Source of the DNA: a virus
Lineage: Duplodnaviria; Heunggongvirae; Uroviricota; Caudoviricetes
Virus record (IMG/VR): IMGVR_UViG_3300020045_006153
Location: 115,550 to 179,549 of that record
DNA: 64,000 nucleotides
Direction: 5' to 3' (one strand)
Each line of letters starts with the position of its first letter. The stretch's first letter is position 1. Below are positions 45,364 through 56,680 of the stretch, one piece after another. The notes beneath the pieces were generated by a model. That model was not told the origin of the DNA. It made no database searches and worked only from the letters and a program-made list of their open reading frames with translations. The position numbers were made by a program, and so were the translations under genes.

Positions 45364-45988
45364 AAATAATTTGGTACCTATGGTTATTGAGAAGACCGGC
45401 AATGGCGAGCGCGCCATGGACATTTATAGTCGGCTGCTTAACGAACGTATTGTATTTTTGAATAGCAGTGTAAATGATCATATGGCGAACATTATTGTTG
45501 CTCAATTGTTGCATTTAGAGAGTGCCGATGCTGAGAAGGATATTCACATTTATATTAATAGCCCAGGTGGCGGCGTTACTGCTGGACTTGCGATCTATGA
45601 TACAATGCAATTTATTAAACCCGATATCTGTACATACGTTATGGGTCAAGCGGCATCTATGGGATCGTTCTTAGCACAAGCAGGAGCACCTGGTAAACGA
45701 TTTGTCTTGCCCGAAGCACGTACTATGATTCATCGTGTTAGTTCTGGTACTCCGGGCACTAGCGGGTCAGTACACGTACAAGCACTTGAATTTGAAGATG
45801 CAAAACGCTCATATGACGAATCGATTCGCATTAATAAACGACTAACTGAATTGTACGTTAAACATAACACTGCCGGCAAGACATATGAAGAATTGTATGA
45901 AACTATGAAATTTGATACATTTCTAAGTGCAGAAGAAGCAGTAGCATATGGTCTCGCTGACCAAGTTGTTAATAAACGACCAACTTAA
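45356..45988 (+). CDS. clpP: ATP-dependent Clp protease proteolytic subunit
   Basis: [43 protein letters not shown]. Confidence 0.95.
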   Translation: MIENNLVPMVIEKTGNGERAMDIYSRLLNERIVFLNSSVNDHMANIIVAQLLHLESADAEKDIHIYINSPGGGVTAGLAIYDTMQFIKPDICTYVMGQAASMGSFLAQAGAPGKRFVLPEARTMIHRVSSGTPGTSGSVHVQALEFEDAKRSYDESIRINKRLTELYVKHNTAGKTYEELYETMKFDTFLSAEEAVAYGLADQVVNKRPT

Positions 45989-46012
45989 AAAAGGACCGAA
46001 AGGTCCTTTTTT
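45987..46012. terminator. Bidirectional terminator
   Basis: AAAAAAGGACC-GAAA-GGTCCTTTTTT between convergent genes. Confidence 0.9.
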
Positions 46013-46367
46013 ATTGAACTAACATTGTTAATTTAGTAACCAATCCTGTAGTTATCAATCCTGCAATAAAAATTACTATCATTTTAATAATTTGTTTAGT
46101 TGCATCAGTTTTATAACCATCCATTATTTCTTGACCTTTTCTCAGTTCAACGTGTTGACGCCGATGTCCCGCATAATCTGGTTTACTTAAATCGTCAATA
46201 GGAAATGCAGTAGTAATTGTGTCAAAGTTTCTTTCTAAATCGTCTAATCTATCATTAATTTCATTTAATAATTTCCATACATCTACAATCGTAGGTTGGT
46301 GGCCGCCGGCTAATGTATCAGACGAGCGACGTTTGTAACTACGATTGTTATCTTGAAAATCCGGCAT
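46011..46367 (-). CDS. Hypothetical protein with C-terminal TM helix
   Basis: ORF track. Confidence 0.65.
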   Translation of the reverse strand: MPDFQDNNRSYKRRSSDTLAGGHQPTIVDVWKLLNEINDRLDDLERNFDTITTAFPIDDLSKPDYAGHRRQHVELRKGQEIMDGYKTDATKQIIKMIVIFIAGLITTGLVTKLTMLVQ

Positions 46368-46833
46368 ATCTAATATATCCTTCTGCTAATATGTAAGGGC
46401 GTACCCAAATCCAAAGTGCTGCAAATGCTAATGCAATTTCACCGCCGATTGCTGCTGGCGGCGGGTAAACTGATAGCAACATACTAAAAACAGTGTATCC
46501 CCATAATACTGCATTCCAGCCTGCAAAATATCTAGCAAATTTGCTATGTAAATCATCTAACAACACAATAGTCAACTGTGTTGTACTAGAAATTAAAAAT
46601 AATATACCCCATGCTTCTTCACTTATAACCATTGCCATGTGAGAATAGGTTGGCCGTGTAAACGTGTCACCGGGCCATAATAGCATAACTGCCCAGAAAA
46701 ATTCACTCATTGCCAGCGTAACTCGGCTTGCAATAAGGTCTGAGTCCCATAATACTCTTGATACAGCTTTAATAATTTTATTAGAACCGGCAGATACTAG
46801 TTGTTGCATAACGCCCTCGTTGATATTGTGCAT
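46348..46833 (-). CDS. Four-TM membrane protein, late promoter
   Basis: Hydrophobic helices; TATAAATA on minus strand at 46842-46849. Confidence 0.7.
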   Translation of the reverse strand: MHNINEGVMQQLVSAGSNKIIKAVSRVLWDSDLIASRVTLAMSEFFWAVMLLWPGDTFTRPTYSHMAMVISEEAWGILFLISSTTQLTIVLLDDLHSKFARYFAGWNAVLWGYTVFSMLLSVYPPPAAIGGEIALAFAALWIWVRPYILAEGYIRYAGFSR

Positions 46834-46942
46834 ATTACATGTATTTATAAAATATACATCAAACTTCTATAGGTAGATAACTAATAATAGCATCGACACT
46901 CAAGTCGCTTGATAAATTCTAATGTCTATGCTATAATATAAC

Positions 46943-47344
46943 ATGACTAGAGTTAATTCCAATTTAGATCCAAAAATTCTTAAGCGTATGCATTTAATTG
47001 CAGAATTACGTGAGATTACAATGGTACCAGCAGCATTACGTCGTAGTTTACGTACAAAATCGCCTGCTGATATTCTTAAGAGTATTCCAAAAAAGTTTAC
47101 ATTAAACACAGGGCATGTTAAATTCTTCTATAACAAACAAGAATTTTTAAAACAAAGATTTACTCGATTAGCAGACGAAATGGTTCGACGTGGATACAAT
47201 CCAGATCGAACCCGTATTCAAGCGTTTGACGAGTTATCGTCTGTATGGATGAATAACTGGGAGTCAACTCCCGAAGACGATAACATTGTTATAGAGCGCA
47301 TAAACTTTCGCATATCACAAAAACCACATTTATATAAGGATTAA
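46943..47344 (+). CDS. denV: Pyrimidine dimer DNA glycosylase (T4 endonuclease V)
   Basis: MTRVN, HLIAE.REI, FTLNTGHVKFFY, EM..RG. Confidence 0.9.
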   Translation: MTRVNSNLDPKILKRMHLIAELREITMVPAALRRSLRTKSPADILKSIPKKFTLNTGHVKFFYNKQEFLKQRFTRLADEMVRRGYNPDRTRIQAFDELSSVWMNNWESTPEDDNIVIERINFRISQKPHLYKD

Positions 47345-47345
47345 A

Positions 47346-47843
47346 ATGATTCCAACCACTTACAAATACACAAGTACAAAAGAATATGTAGATGCATTTC
47401 CGTGTGCATATCGTCAATGGAAATCAGACTCTCATTGCAATATGATTCACGGCTATGCATTTAGCATGAAGTTTTACTTTGGTACAAACAATCTCGATGC
47501 GCGTAATTGGGCGGCCGATTATGGCGGACTAAAAGAACTGAAAAAGATCCTTGAATCCCAATTTGATCATACATTGCTCGTTGCAGAAGATGATCCTGAA
47601 ATCGAATTGCTTAAGCACCTGCAAGAAAAAAATCTTGCAAAACTAACAATTCTCCCGCGCCTAGGATGCGAATCGCTTGCTGATATGCTGTACAAGTATG
47701 TCAACGGTGTGTACATTCCGGAAATGTGGGGCGAAGGTGAAGCCAATCGTCTTTGGTGCTACAAAGTGGAGGTGCGCGAAACACAAGCAAACATGGCCTT
47801 CCGAGAAGGGCATCGCGAATGGAATGAAGACTTATTTGCGTGA
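47346..47843 (+). CDS. queD: 6-carboxytetrahydropterin synthase / PTPS
   Basis: C..IHG, DYG.LK, FDH, ET motifs. Confidence 0.8.
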   Translation: MIPTTYKYTSTKEYVDAFPCAYRQWKSDSHCNMIHGYAFSMKFYFGTNNLDARNWAADYGGLKELKKILESQFDHTLLVAEDDPEIELLKHLQEKNLAKLTILPRLGCESLADMLYKYVNGVYIPEMWGEGEANRLWCYKVEVRETQANMAFREGHREWNEDLFA

Positions 47844-48003
47844 ATATGAGTTTTGATTTTATTATTGAATTTAGGGCAAATCGAGGCATGGAATGGCTCA
47901 CCTGGATAGGAAGCCCTATGATATTCGACGGTGGATTGTGTGTTAATCGCACAGCAGAAGAACATAAAGAAAACAACAAACATATACAAGCAAGGCTAAT
48001 GGT

Positions 48004-48285
48004 ATGAGTTTAACAAAACAACAAGAAGAAATTCTCCGCATTTTGCAAGAAGAATGCGGAGAAGTAGTGCAAATTGTTTCTAAAGTTTGCAGATTCGGAA
48101 TCGATCAACAACATCTTAAAGATAGCAAACCTAATCGAGAACGGTTGACAGAAGAATTAGGCGATGTTGCATGCATGATTAAATTAGCAGTTGATTTTGG
48201 TCTTATTACAGAAGACGGACTGCTAGACGCAAGTATTGCTAAAGAAGAAAAACTTAAAGAATGGTCGAATATTTTTAAAGAATAG
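48004..48285 (+). CDS. MazG-like NTP pyrophosphohydrolase
   Basis: LQEECGEV, EELGDV motifs. Confidence 0.75.
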   Translation: MSLTKQQEEILRILQEECGEVVQIVSKVCRFGIDQQHLKDSKPNRERLTEELGDVACMIKLAVDFGLITEDGLLDASIAKEEKLKEWSNIFKE

Positions 48286-48463
48286 CAATGTTGCAAAACA
48301 AAGTTTGGAGAATGTGGGCAAAGGCGCTCGGAGAAAAAGCAGGAAGCAGTAATAGTGAAGCAGATAAAATCGCTTGCTTTCGCACATTAATAGTTGTATC
48401 GTATATTATAACTAATTGCTTTATTATTGCAGGTGTTATACGACATTGGTAAAAGGAAACAAA

Positions 48464-48985
48464 ATGAAAACAACAGAACAATGGTTAAATGAAATTAAAG
48501 CAAGCCCTGCTAAATTAGAGCATTGGTTGCAACGACAATATGTAGGCGAAGCGCTTGCCGCAGTACGTATTAAGTCTTTAGCAGAAACAACTGAAACACG
48601 AGCGTACCACGTGCTTGAAAAAATTGCACAAGATGAAGCAAAGCATTGTGAATGGATTAAAGAATTGCTAGTAACACGCGGCATTGTCCTTCCAGAAATC
48701 ACACTCGACGGTACCCGATATTGGGAACCTATCTTAAAGAATATACACACGTTTGAAGAAATTGCTGGCGCTGGCCACCACGCAGAAGCGATGCGGCTAG
48801 TTCGTATACGTGCATTAGCCGCGGATGAGAGCATTGCAGAAGATATTCGCACTGTGTTTACTAATATTCTACCTGATGAAGAAATGCATTCACGTGCATT
48901 TGCATCAATGAGCACAACAGAAGCAATTGAGTCTACTAGATCGTTGCATGAGAAAGGGTTAGAAGTACTCGGATTAGAAATGTAA
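48464..48985 (+). CDS. Ferritin-like di-iron protein
   Basis: GE..AA, DEAKH, AE, DEEMH motifs. Confidence 0.7.
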   Translation: MKTTEQWLNEIKASPAKLEHWLQRQYVGEALAAVRIKSLAETTETRAYHVLEKIAQDEAKHCEWIKELLVTRGIVLPEITLDGTRYWEPILKNIHTFEEIAGAGHHAEAMRLVRIRALAADESIAEDIRTVFTNILPDEEMHSRAFASMSTTEAIESTRSLHEKGLEVLGLEM

Positions 48986-49923
48986 TGATTAAAAAGATTT
49001 TAGTAACTGGTGGTGCAGGGTTTTTAGGAAGTCATTTATGCGATAGATTAGTTGCACAAGGACACCATGTCCTATGTGTAGATAACTATTTTACTGGCAG
49101 CAAAGCAAATATTGCACATTTGCTTGCATACAGTAATTTCGAAGTTATTCGCCAAGATATTTGCATCCCGCTATATGTTGAAGTAGATGAAATATACAAT
49201 CTTGCTTGCCCGGCAAGTCCATATTATTATCAACTAGATCCTATTCAGACGATGAAGACAAGTGTGTTAGGTGCATACAACATGCTAGGTCTTGCAAAGC
49301 GTACTGGTGCTAAAATCTTGCAAGCAAGCACATCAGAAGTGTACGGTGATCCATTACAACACCCGCAGACCGAAGAGTATTGGGGCAATGTAAATCCAGT
49401 AGGGATTCGTTCTTGTTATGACGAAGGCAAGCGAGCGGCTGAAACATTGTTTATGGATTATAATCGCATTCACGGTGTCCGCACAAAGATAATGCGTATC
49501 TTTAACACGTATGGCCCAAGAATGGCAGAAAATGATGGGCGGGTAGTAAGCAACTTTGTAATGCAGGCCCTTCAAGATAAAGACCTTACTATTTACGGAA
49601 ACGGTCAACAAACTAGAAGTTTTTGCTATGTTGACGATTTGTTAGATGGGATGATGGCGATAATGGCAACTGGAGATGAAGTCACTGGACCAATTAATAT
49701 AGGAAATCCCACAGAATTTACTGTATTAGAACTTGCTATCAAAGTAATCCAACTCGTTGATACATGCACAAGTGTCGTTATTCAATCGGCGCTGCCACAA
49801 GACGATCCTAAACAACGCAAGCCTGATATCACAAAGGCTAGAGAAGTGTTAGGATGGGAGCCTAAAATTCAATTAGAAGACGGATTAATAAAAACCATTA
49901 AATATTTTAAAGGACGCAAGTGA
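48985..49923 (+). CDS. UDP-glucuronate decarboxylase (UXS-type NAD epimerase)
   Basis: [39 protein letters not shown]. Confidence 0.92.
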   Translation: MIKKILVTGGAGFLGSHLCDRLVAQGHHVLCVDNYFTGSKANIAHLLAYSNFEVIRQDICIPLYVEVDEIYNLACPASPYYYQLDPIQTMKTSVLGAYNMLGLAKRTGAKILQASTSEVYGDPLQHPQTEEYWGNVNPVGIRSCYDEGKRAAETLFMDYNRIHGVRTKIMRIFNTYGPRMAENDGRVVSNFVMQALQDKDLTIYGNGQQTRSFCYVDDLLDGMMAIMATGDEVTGPINIGNPTEFTVLELAIKVIQLVDTCTSVVIQSALPQDDPKQRKPDITKAREVLGWEPKIQLEDGLIKTIKYFKGRK

Positions 49924-50213
49924 TTACATACAAAGATGATTGTAATTTATCTGCGTTTGTTCGATATACTGAGATTTGGGAATTCTTAAAAAATCATCAA
50001 ATCGCAATTATTGAATTTAAAAAGAAGGACGGAACAATTCGTGTTATTGAAGGAACATTTGATACTAGTTTAATGTTGCCAAAAGCAGTAGATGAATTTC
50101 ATCAAACTAGAATAATAGATTACGAAACTTTTCCAATCTGGTCTGTAAAAGATCTAAGTTGGAAAAGTTTCAAAACACTAAATGTAATTTCAATTAAGGA
50201 AAAAAATGACTAA
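49920..50213 (+). CDS. WYL_2/SH3-barrel phage protein
   Basis: [20 protein letters not shown]. Confidence 0.65.
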   Translation: MITYKDDCNLSAFVRYTEIWEFLKNHQIAIIEFKKKDGTIRVIEGTFDTSLMLPKAVDEFHQTRIIDYETFPIWSVKDLSWKSFKTLNVISIKEKND

Positions 50214-50663
50214 CCACGCAACCCAAACAATTTACGGATTAATTTCGGACAGCGGAGACGGTAGTGCAAGCATAAGATGGTTCCGTAATAAGGATGATAT
50301 TGATTTTATGTTAGATGAAGAAAACGGATTAGAACAATTCTGGGCCGCTAACGAAGGGGGCGCTGCTGAAATCCTTACCTTTCCTACAGAGTTAGATTTA
50401 TCTAAATGTGGATTTACGTTTGACGATATAAAGGATTATGAATGACCGATATTAAACAATGGGCTAATTCTCAAACATGGACCATTACTCTCGAGGAAGA
50501 TCCAGAGACAGGCGACTTAATTCTTCCATTTCCTCCTGAATTTCTTGCGCAAGCAAATTGGAATATCGGAGATACATTAAACTGGGAAGAACAGTTAGAT
50601 GGTAGTTTTATTCTGTCAAAAAAAGAGGTCGATAACATTTCTGCTGTCGACCAATCTAAATAA
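50206..50663 (+). other. Two small genes; 50442-50663 AbrB-like
   Basis: EEDPETGDLILPFP, IGDTLNW pattern. Confidence 0.55.
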
Positions 50664-50664
50664 A

Positions 50665-50955
50665 TTAAGACTTTTTCTTTTTCTTAGATACCACAACCAT
50701 AGCAGCAGGCTTCTTTACAGGAGTTGCTGCTTTTTCTTTAGGTAATTTCTTAGTAGGCACAACAGGAGCAATTACTACTGTTTTAAGTACACGTGGTTTA
50801 CGTGTTTTTACAGAAGTAACAACTGCAACTGGAGCAATAGCAGACGGAGCAATTGATAATACTAGAGGCGTAGGAGTTTCTACTTTATATGGTGCTTCTA
50901 TTGTTTCTTTAGCACTGCTCGGGCCGAAGAAGAATTCTTTTAACTTTTTAAACAT
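50665..50955 (-). CDS. Lys/Pro-rich basic protein, late promoter
   Basis: AGGAAA SD; TATAAATA on minus strand at 50983-50990. Confidence 0.6.
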   Translation of the reverse strand: MFKKLKEFFFGPSSAKETIEAPYKVETPTPLVLSIAPSAIAPVAVVTSVKTRKPRVLKTVVIAPVVPTKKLPKEKAATPVKKPAAMVVVSKKKKKS

Positions 50956-51051
50956 GATTTTCCTTTATAAAAAAGTATAATGTATTTATAACCAATAAAT
51001 ACCTATATTAAAAACATTGCTTTTTAATTTAATATACAGTAAAATAAGTAC

Positions 51052-51780
51052 ATGCTGAAAATAAAAAAACTGACCGCAGTAATTGACGAAGAGAATATAC
51101 TTGACGAAATTACGTTAGAAGTCAATAAAGGAGAAATCCATGCTATTATTGGACCAGAAGGTGCTGGAAAGACTTTCTTATCTCATATTATACTCGGTAA
51201 TCCAAATCTAACAGTTAAGAGTGGGTCTCTCACTTTTAACAAAAAATCTATTTTAGAAAAGAGTATTGAAGAACGAAACTTATTAGGAATCTTTAGTAGT
51301 TTCCAATATCCGCCTGCAATGACTGGAATTTCTAATTTTGCATTTCTTGAACATGCGTTAACTGCGAGAAAAGATAAACGAACATTAAATGAAGTTGCAC
51401 TAGAATATAAATTGCTTTGCAAAAAACTAGGACTATCTTCAGATCATGGAAAAAAAGACGTAAATCATATGATAATGACTCCTGCAGAATGTAAGAAAAA
51501 CGAGTTGATTCATATGTTAATGCTTAATCCCAGTTTAATTGTATTAGACGAGATTGATGCAGAAGTTGAAGAAGATGAAGTAGAGTTAATCGGTGCTGTT
51601 ATTAAAGAATTTTTATCAGATGGATCAAAGGCTGCAATTATTATTACGCGGCGTCACGAAATTTTAGACATACTAACACCAACTCGCGTTCACGTTATGG
51701 TAGCAGGCGAAATTAAAGTGTCTGGACCAACAGAATTATATAAAAGGATCGTAACCGATGGCTATTCACAGTTTTCTTAA
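51052..51780 (+). CDS. sufC: SufC-like ABC ATPase with degenerate signature
   Basis: GPEGAGKT, FQYP, LDEID; SGGE replaced by TPAE, H-loop His to Arg. Confidence 0.8.
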   Translation: MLKIKKLTAVIDEENILDEITLEVNKGEIHAIIGPEGAGKTFLSHIILGNPNLTVKSGSLTFNKKSILEKSIEERNLLGIFSSFQYPPAMTGISNFAFLEHALTARKDKRTLNEVALEYKLLCKKLGLSSDHGKKDVNHMIMTPAECKKNELIHMLMLNPSLIVLDEIDAEVEEDEVELIGAVIKEFLSDGSKAAIIITRRHEILDILTPTRVHVMVAGEIKVSGPTELYKRIVTDGYSQFS

Positions 51781-52582
51781 AGCAGAACGAGACGATCCGG
51801 ATTGGCAATTTACTCCGGACGAGTATTATGGCAAAGAATTTAAAATTATCGATGCTGTAGTAATTGACCTGCAAGCAGGGGCCACTGACACGGTAGTATT
51901 GCGGCAAAGCCCTATCGAAAAAGAAATGCTTGCGAAGCATCTTAAAGTATTAGTTCAAGAAAATGCAAACTTAGAATTAATTATTATTAATGAAGTTGAT
52001 GCAAATTTGCAGCAAGTATTTTTGTACGACATTCATCTAGAAGTAGGTGCAACGCTTAGTCTTGGGCTGTTTGCAAAAGATGGAAAACTTAACAAGCACA
52101 TTATTCAAGTTGCATTAGAAGACGATTCTAAAATTGCAGCCTACGGGCTAATTTCAAACGAATGCGAAGGTGATACTGAAATAATTACCAAGATAGTGCA
52201 TCGAGGCGCTGGGTCAGCAAGTACGCAATTATTTTCAGGATTAGCAGGAGAAAATAGTCAAACAGTATTTCAAGGAATTACAATTGCTGAACATGCAGCA
52301 ATTGAAAGCGAAATGTTGATTGAAAATACTAATTTAGTAACAGGGTTAGCAGGTAGGTGTTTCTCTAAACCTGAAAACTATTCTAATGCAGAATTTGTAA
52401 CAATCTCACAAACTTCAGAAACAGACACAATTAGTTTAGAAAAAATTAGTTACTTACAAAGTCGTGGTATTCCGGAAGACATTGCTCGTAACATTGTAGT
52501 TGCTGGATTTAGAAATCAAGTAATTGATATTATAATTAGTGATACAATTCGACAAGAAGTAACAGAAATGTATGTAGAGTAA
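51758..52582 (+). CDS. SufB/SufD-like beta-helix protein (divergent)
   Basis: VFQG, KPE, YLQSRGIPEDIA. Confidence 0.75.
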   Translation: MAIHSFLKAERDDPDWQFTPDEYYGKEFKIIDAVVIDLQAGATDTVVLRQSPIEKEMLAKHLKVLVQENANLELIIINEVDANLQQVFLYDIHLEVGATLSLGLFAKDGKLNKHIIQVALEDDSKIAAYGLISNECEGDTEIITKIVHRGAGSASTQLFSGLAGENSQTVFQGITIAEHAAIESEMLIENTNLVTGLAGRCFSKPENYSNAEFVTISQTSETDTISLEKISYLQSRGIPEDIARNIVVAGFRNQVIDIIISDTIRQEVTEMYVE

Positions 52583-52679
52583 GTTAGTCACTGTCTAATT
52601 ACATAGGATTTACTTAGGTAAATACCTATGTAATTTTTTAAGCCAATTTATAGGTAAATATGGCTTATAGAGGACAGAT

Positions 52680-53801
52680 ATGACTAAGCAAACTATTAAC
52701 ATCGGCGCAGCCGATAACGACGGCACAGGCGATTCAATTCGCCATTCGTTTGATCTAGCAAATCAAAATTTTACCGAATTATATAATCTAATCAACGGAG
52801 GAGATGGTGTACATTTTCTCAACTTAGTTGATACTCCCAAGATTTTAATTCCAAGTACTTCAATTAATCCAGTTGTATTAATTAGCAGTGACGTTGGTAG
52901 TACTGTTACGCAAAGTACATTAGTTGCTGGATACGGAATTGAGATTAAAACTGCAAATACGTTAACAAACTCATCTGCTATCACTATTGCATTAAGCACG
53001 TCTACTGGACTATATAATTTTAATTTAGCATCAGATGCTAACCCTACTTTAGGAAACGATTTAGATGGTATGGGATTTGCTGCAACTAATTTTGCAGATC
53101 CATTTAATCCATCTGATTTAGTTACTAAACAATATTTTGATGACAATGTTCCGCTATCATTAGAAGGAGCAAATACGTTATATGATGTAGATACCGCGCA
53201 GTGGCGTGGAGGAAGTAGTGCATTAGCAAGACTTAATCATGTAGTAATTCGCAATAATGTCGGTGATATATACGTTAACGATGTCCACTCGCTGAAATTG
53301 TTTCCTACTGAAATTGTTGCAACAGGCGATGTTTCCATTGGCGGGGAGATCGCTGCAATCGGTAATATTACATCCAGTGGTGACATGTATGCTACTGTGT
53401 TTCATGGAGAAGCAACATCTGCAAGATATGCTGACCTTGCTGAAAATTATCTTGCAGATGCAGTATATGGGCATGGAACTGTATTAATTTTTGGTGGCAA
53501 TGCTGAAGTTACTGCATCTAAGTTTATGATGGATAGACGCGTTGCCGGGGTTGTTTCAACTAATCCAGCGCATTTAATGAACAGTATGCAAGAAGGAGGC
53601 ACTCCGGTTGCATTAACTGGACGGGCGCCTTGCAAGGTAGTTGGTAAGGTTAGAAAAGGCGATATGCTTGTTACTTCTAACATTGAGGGAGTTGCTATGG
53701 CGTCTGATGATCCAAAGACCGGAGCAGTAATAGGAAAGTCTTTAGAAAATTATAACTCATCAGAAGTAGGCGTAATAGAAGTTGCAATAGGTAGAGTGTA
53801 A
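52680..53801 (+). CDS. Tail/baseplate-associated protein with C-terminal autocleavage (peptidase G2-like) domain
   Basis: INIG..NDGTGD.IR..F..ANQNF; ARYADLAENY, GVVSTNPA, ALTGRAPCKV. Confidence 0.7.
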   Translation: MTKQTINIGAADNDGTGDSIRHSFDLANQNFTELYNLINGGDGVHFLNLVDTPKILIPSTSINPVVLISSDVGSTVTQSTLVAGYGIEIKTANTLTNSSAITIALSTSTGLYNFNLASDANPTLGNDLDGMGFAATNFADPFNPSDLVTKQYFDDNVPLSLEGANTLYDVDTAQWRGGSSALARLNHVVIRNNVGDIYVNDVHSLKLFPTEIVATGDVSIGGEIAAIGNITSSGDMYATVFHGEATSARYADLAENYLADAVYGHGTVLIFGGNAEVTASKFMMDRRVAGVVSTNPAHLMNSMQEGGTPVALTGRAPCKVVGKVRKGDMLVTSNIEGVAMASDDPKTGAVIGKSLENYNSSEVGVIEVAIGRV

Positions 53802-56680
53802 TGGCTACTACGTTTACTCCTCAATGGATAACAAGTGCTGGCCTGTTAGGAACTGCAACTGAATTAACAACTACCACATTTAGTATTTCGATATCAAATG
53901 CAACTACTTCAACTACTATGTCAGTTATTAGTGGAAAATTACCAACAGGTTTTTCATTAACTACTAGCACTTCTAGTTACACTTCGTTAATAACAGGAAG
54001 TTCACCTAGCATATCTAGATCAACATCTAGTCAATTTGTTATCAGGGCTGCAAATGATGTAGGCATAACCGACAGAACATTTAACATAAACATAACAAAT
54101 ACTGCAAGTATTCATTGGATTACCAGTCCTACTTTAAATGATACATATATTATTAACAAGTCAATGGTTGATTTTCAACTAGAAGCAAGTGCAGATGTAG
54201 GATCAGTATTATATTATATAGCAACACCTGATTCGTTTGAGCCGTTATCTATTCCTCCTTACTCTCAATTACAACTTCCGCCAGGATTAACATTATCCCG
54301 ATCTGGAAAATTGTCAGGAATAGTAGATGATCCGGCTCTTACTGATTACGCATTAAAACAGTATACATTTTATGTAACTGCAACTGACGGAATTACAGAT
54401 CCAGTATCAGGAATATATAGATTAAATCGAGCATTTACACTATCAGTTGCTGGAGTTAATGCATTAAAAGCAGATACTACTATATTAGATGCAGACAATA
54501 CTATATTCGATGCCGATAGTTCATCATTAGTACTACCTAATTGGCTAGATACAGTTGATCTCGGAACAGTTCGCGCAAATAATCATCATGTAATTCAAAT
54601 GGATCAATATGATGCTTATCCTAAAATTGGGCCAACACTGTTTGATTGGGTAACTGCAAGTGTTATTCCAGTAACAAAAGGATTAAGCGACAGCCCTTCG
54701 GATTCTACTGGATATCAATTAGTTAATCGAGAAAATGACAATACAATATATTTAAAAAATATAGATGAGTTACCGTTAATTGGACAAATATTTAGATTAG
54801 ATCCATACGTAGACGGAGCAAATACTACTGAATACGAAATTATAACCGTTACTGAACCAACAGTTGGAACATGCACTATTACATTTGGTATTCGATTAAA
54901 TGATAATACTATTATTCCAACTGTATTACCTGTAAGAATATTAGATAATGTAGAATTATATTTTGGTACGCAAACACAACATCCTCCAAATTTTCATCTT
55001 GATCCAGATTCAGGGTCAATATATGGCACATTTGATTTTAATCCAAAATATACAACATCATACACGTTTCCTGTTCGTATATTTAAAATAGATGTTAACA
55101 ATGAATTATTACGCTACATGGGGCCGTGGAAAGTTGATAGATATTATCGTGCAAATGACATTGTAAGGGTAAAAACTGAGTTAGATCAACCGGGTAAACC
55201 AAATAATGGACATATTCTCACTGCTGAAGATCTACCAGTATCGGGAAATATAATAGGAGATAAGTATGTTTCAATATATAACAGTCATTTATGGGTATAC
55301 ACTGGTGTTGGGCCAATTAATGGGTTTGTTGATGTTGGGCATGTAACTTATAGTAGTCAGCAAACTGATCATTATACGTATTATATTGCATTAAACACTG
55401 ATCCAATATCTGATCCTATTACAAGTGAACCAGTATTACCACCATCTTTCTTTGATACTACTAAATGGAAATTGTTTGATTTATCAGGCACAAATGTATC
55501 ATTTAAAGAAAAAGTGTTTACATTAACAGTAAGAGGCGACATAAAAAACGGAATTACTTTTATAACTGATTCGAATCTTGGTTCATTTATTGCAGGTTAT
55601 CAAAGTGAGCAAGTTATCCGGGCGGCGCATATCACAGAGCCTTTAGAAATAACATACAATGTTAGTAAAGGAATATTGCCGCCTGGTATAGAATTACAAT
55701 ACGACGGAACGCTAACAGGCAAAGTTCCTTATGATTTTAATACAGCATTTGATTTTATATTAGATAATAACGTATATAATTTTGATACTCAATTCAATTT
55801 TACGGTATCTGCAAACGATGTGTTTGATAGAGGAATTACTACTAGAGACTATGTTAGTTCGATTAGCCAATCTGATCCAACTAATTATACTCATATATAT
55901 GCAACACCTCGAATATCAGCAGATAAACGAGATGTGTTTTCTCAATTCATTAACGATGAAACTGTTTTTAATCCGTCTGCATTATACAGACCAAATGATC
56001 CTGAATTCGGCGTGCAGCGTATATTAAAAGCATATATTGAACACGGAATTGAACAAATTAAATTAGATGATTATGCTGAACCATTAAGAAAATATTTTTG
56101 GAAAAAAAGATTTTATTTTGGAAAAATTCAAAGTAAAGCAGCATACGACGAAAATAAAAAATATGTATACGACGCTGTATATGTTGAGATTATTGATCCG
56201 TTTGTTAACAATGACGGAATTAGCATCAGTTCATATTTAAATTCGGCAAATGTGACAATATTTCCTAATAGTGCGTTTAATATTCAAAGTACATTAGAGG
56301 CAATCACTATTAACAACGTTACAGTTAAAACTGATCAGTTTTTAAGACCTAGATTTATGCGTACCGTACAAGTAGGAACTGGAGCACCGTTAGGTTTTGT
56401 TCTTGCTGCGCCATTGTGTTATGCATTGCCAGGTGCAGGAGATAGCATTGTTAAACAGGCAGAATTATACAATTTTAATTTTTCAACATTAGATTTTGAG
56501 ATTGATCGGTTAATTGTTGAAGATAGTTTGCCAAAACAAACCGCTAAATATATGTTGTTCCCGAGAAGAGAAGTTGTTGGCAGTGACACTGGCATTAACA
56601 TAACCGATTATCGACTGTATGGGGACGATAACTTAGAAATAGATACAGAGGGCAATGACCCTTTATACTTGGAGATATAA
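53801..56680 (+). CDS. Large structural protein with Ig-like repeats (baseplate wedge-like)
   Basis: SGKLPTG, LPPGLTLS.SG.LSG, LPPGIEL repeats. Confidence 0.65.
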   Translation: MATTFTPQWITSAGLLGTATELTTTTFSISISNATTSTTMSVISGKLPTGFSLTTSTSSYTSLITGSSPSISRSTSSQFVIRAANDVGITDRTFNINITNTASIHWITSPTLNDTYIINKSMVDFQLEASADVGSVLYYIATPDSFEPLSIPPYSQLQLPPGLTLSRSGKLSGIVDDPALTDYALKQYTFYVTATDGITDPVSGIYRLNRAFTLSVAGVNALKADTTILDADNTIFDADSSSLVLPNWLDTVDLGTVRANNHHVIQMDQYDAYPKIGPTLFDWVTASVIPVTKGLSDSPSDSTGYQLVNRENDNTIYLKNIDELPLIGQIFRLDPYVDGANTTEYEIITVTEPTVGTCTITFGIRLNDNTIIPTVLPVRILDNVELYFGTQTQHPPNFHLDPDSGSIYGTFDFNPKYTTSYTFPVRIFKIDVNNELLRYMGPWKVDRYYRANDIVRVKTELDQPGKPNNGHILTAEDLPVSGNIIGDKYVSIYNSHLWVYTGVGPINGFVDVGHVTYSSQQTDHYTYYIALNTDPISDPITSEPVLPPSFFDTTKWKLFDLSGTNVSFKEKVFTLTVRGDIKNGITFITDSNLGSFIAGYQSEQVIRAAHITEPLEITYNVSKGILPPGIELQYDGTLTGKVPYDFNTAFDFILDNNVYNFDTQFNFTVSANDVFDRGITTRDYVSSISQSDPTNYTHIYATPRISADKRDVFSQFINDETVFNPSALYRPNDPEFGVQRILKAYIEHGIEQIKLDDYAEPLRKYFWKKRFYFGKIQSKAAYDENKKYVYDAVYVEIIDPFVNNDGISISSYLNSANVTIFPNSAFNIQSTLEAITINNVTVKTDQFLRPRFMRTVQVGTGAPLGFVLAAPLCYALPGAGDSIVKQAELYNFNFSTLDFEIDRLIVEDSLPKQTAKYMLFPRREVVGSDTGINITDYRLYGDDNLEIDTEGNDPLYLEI

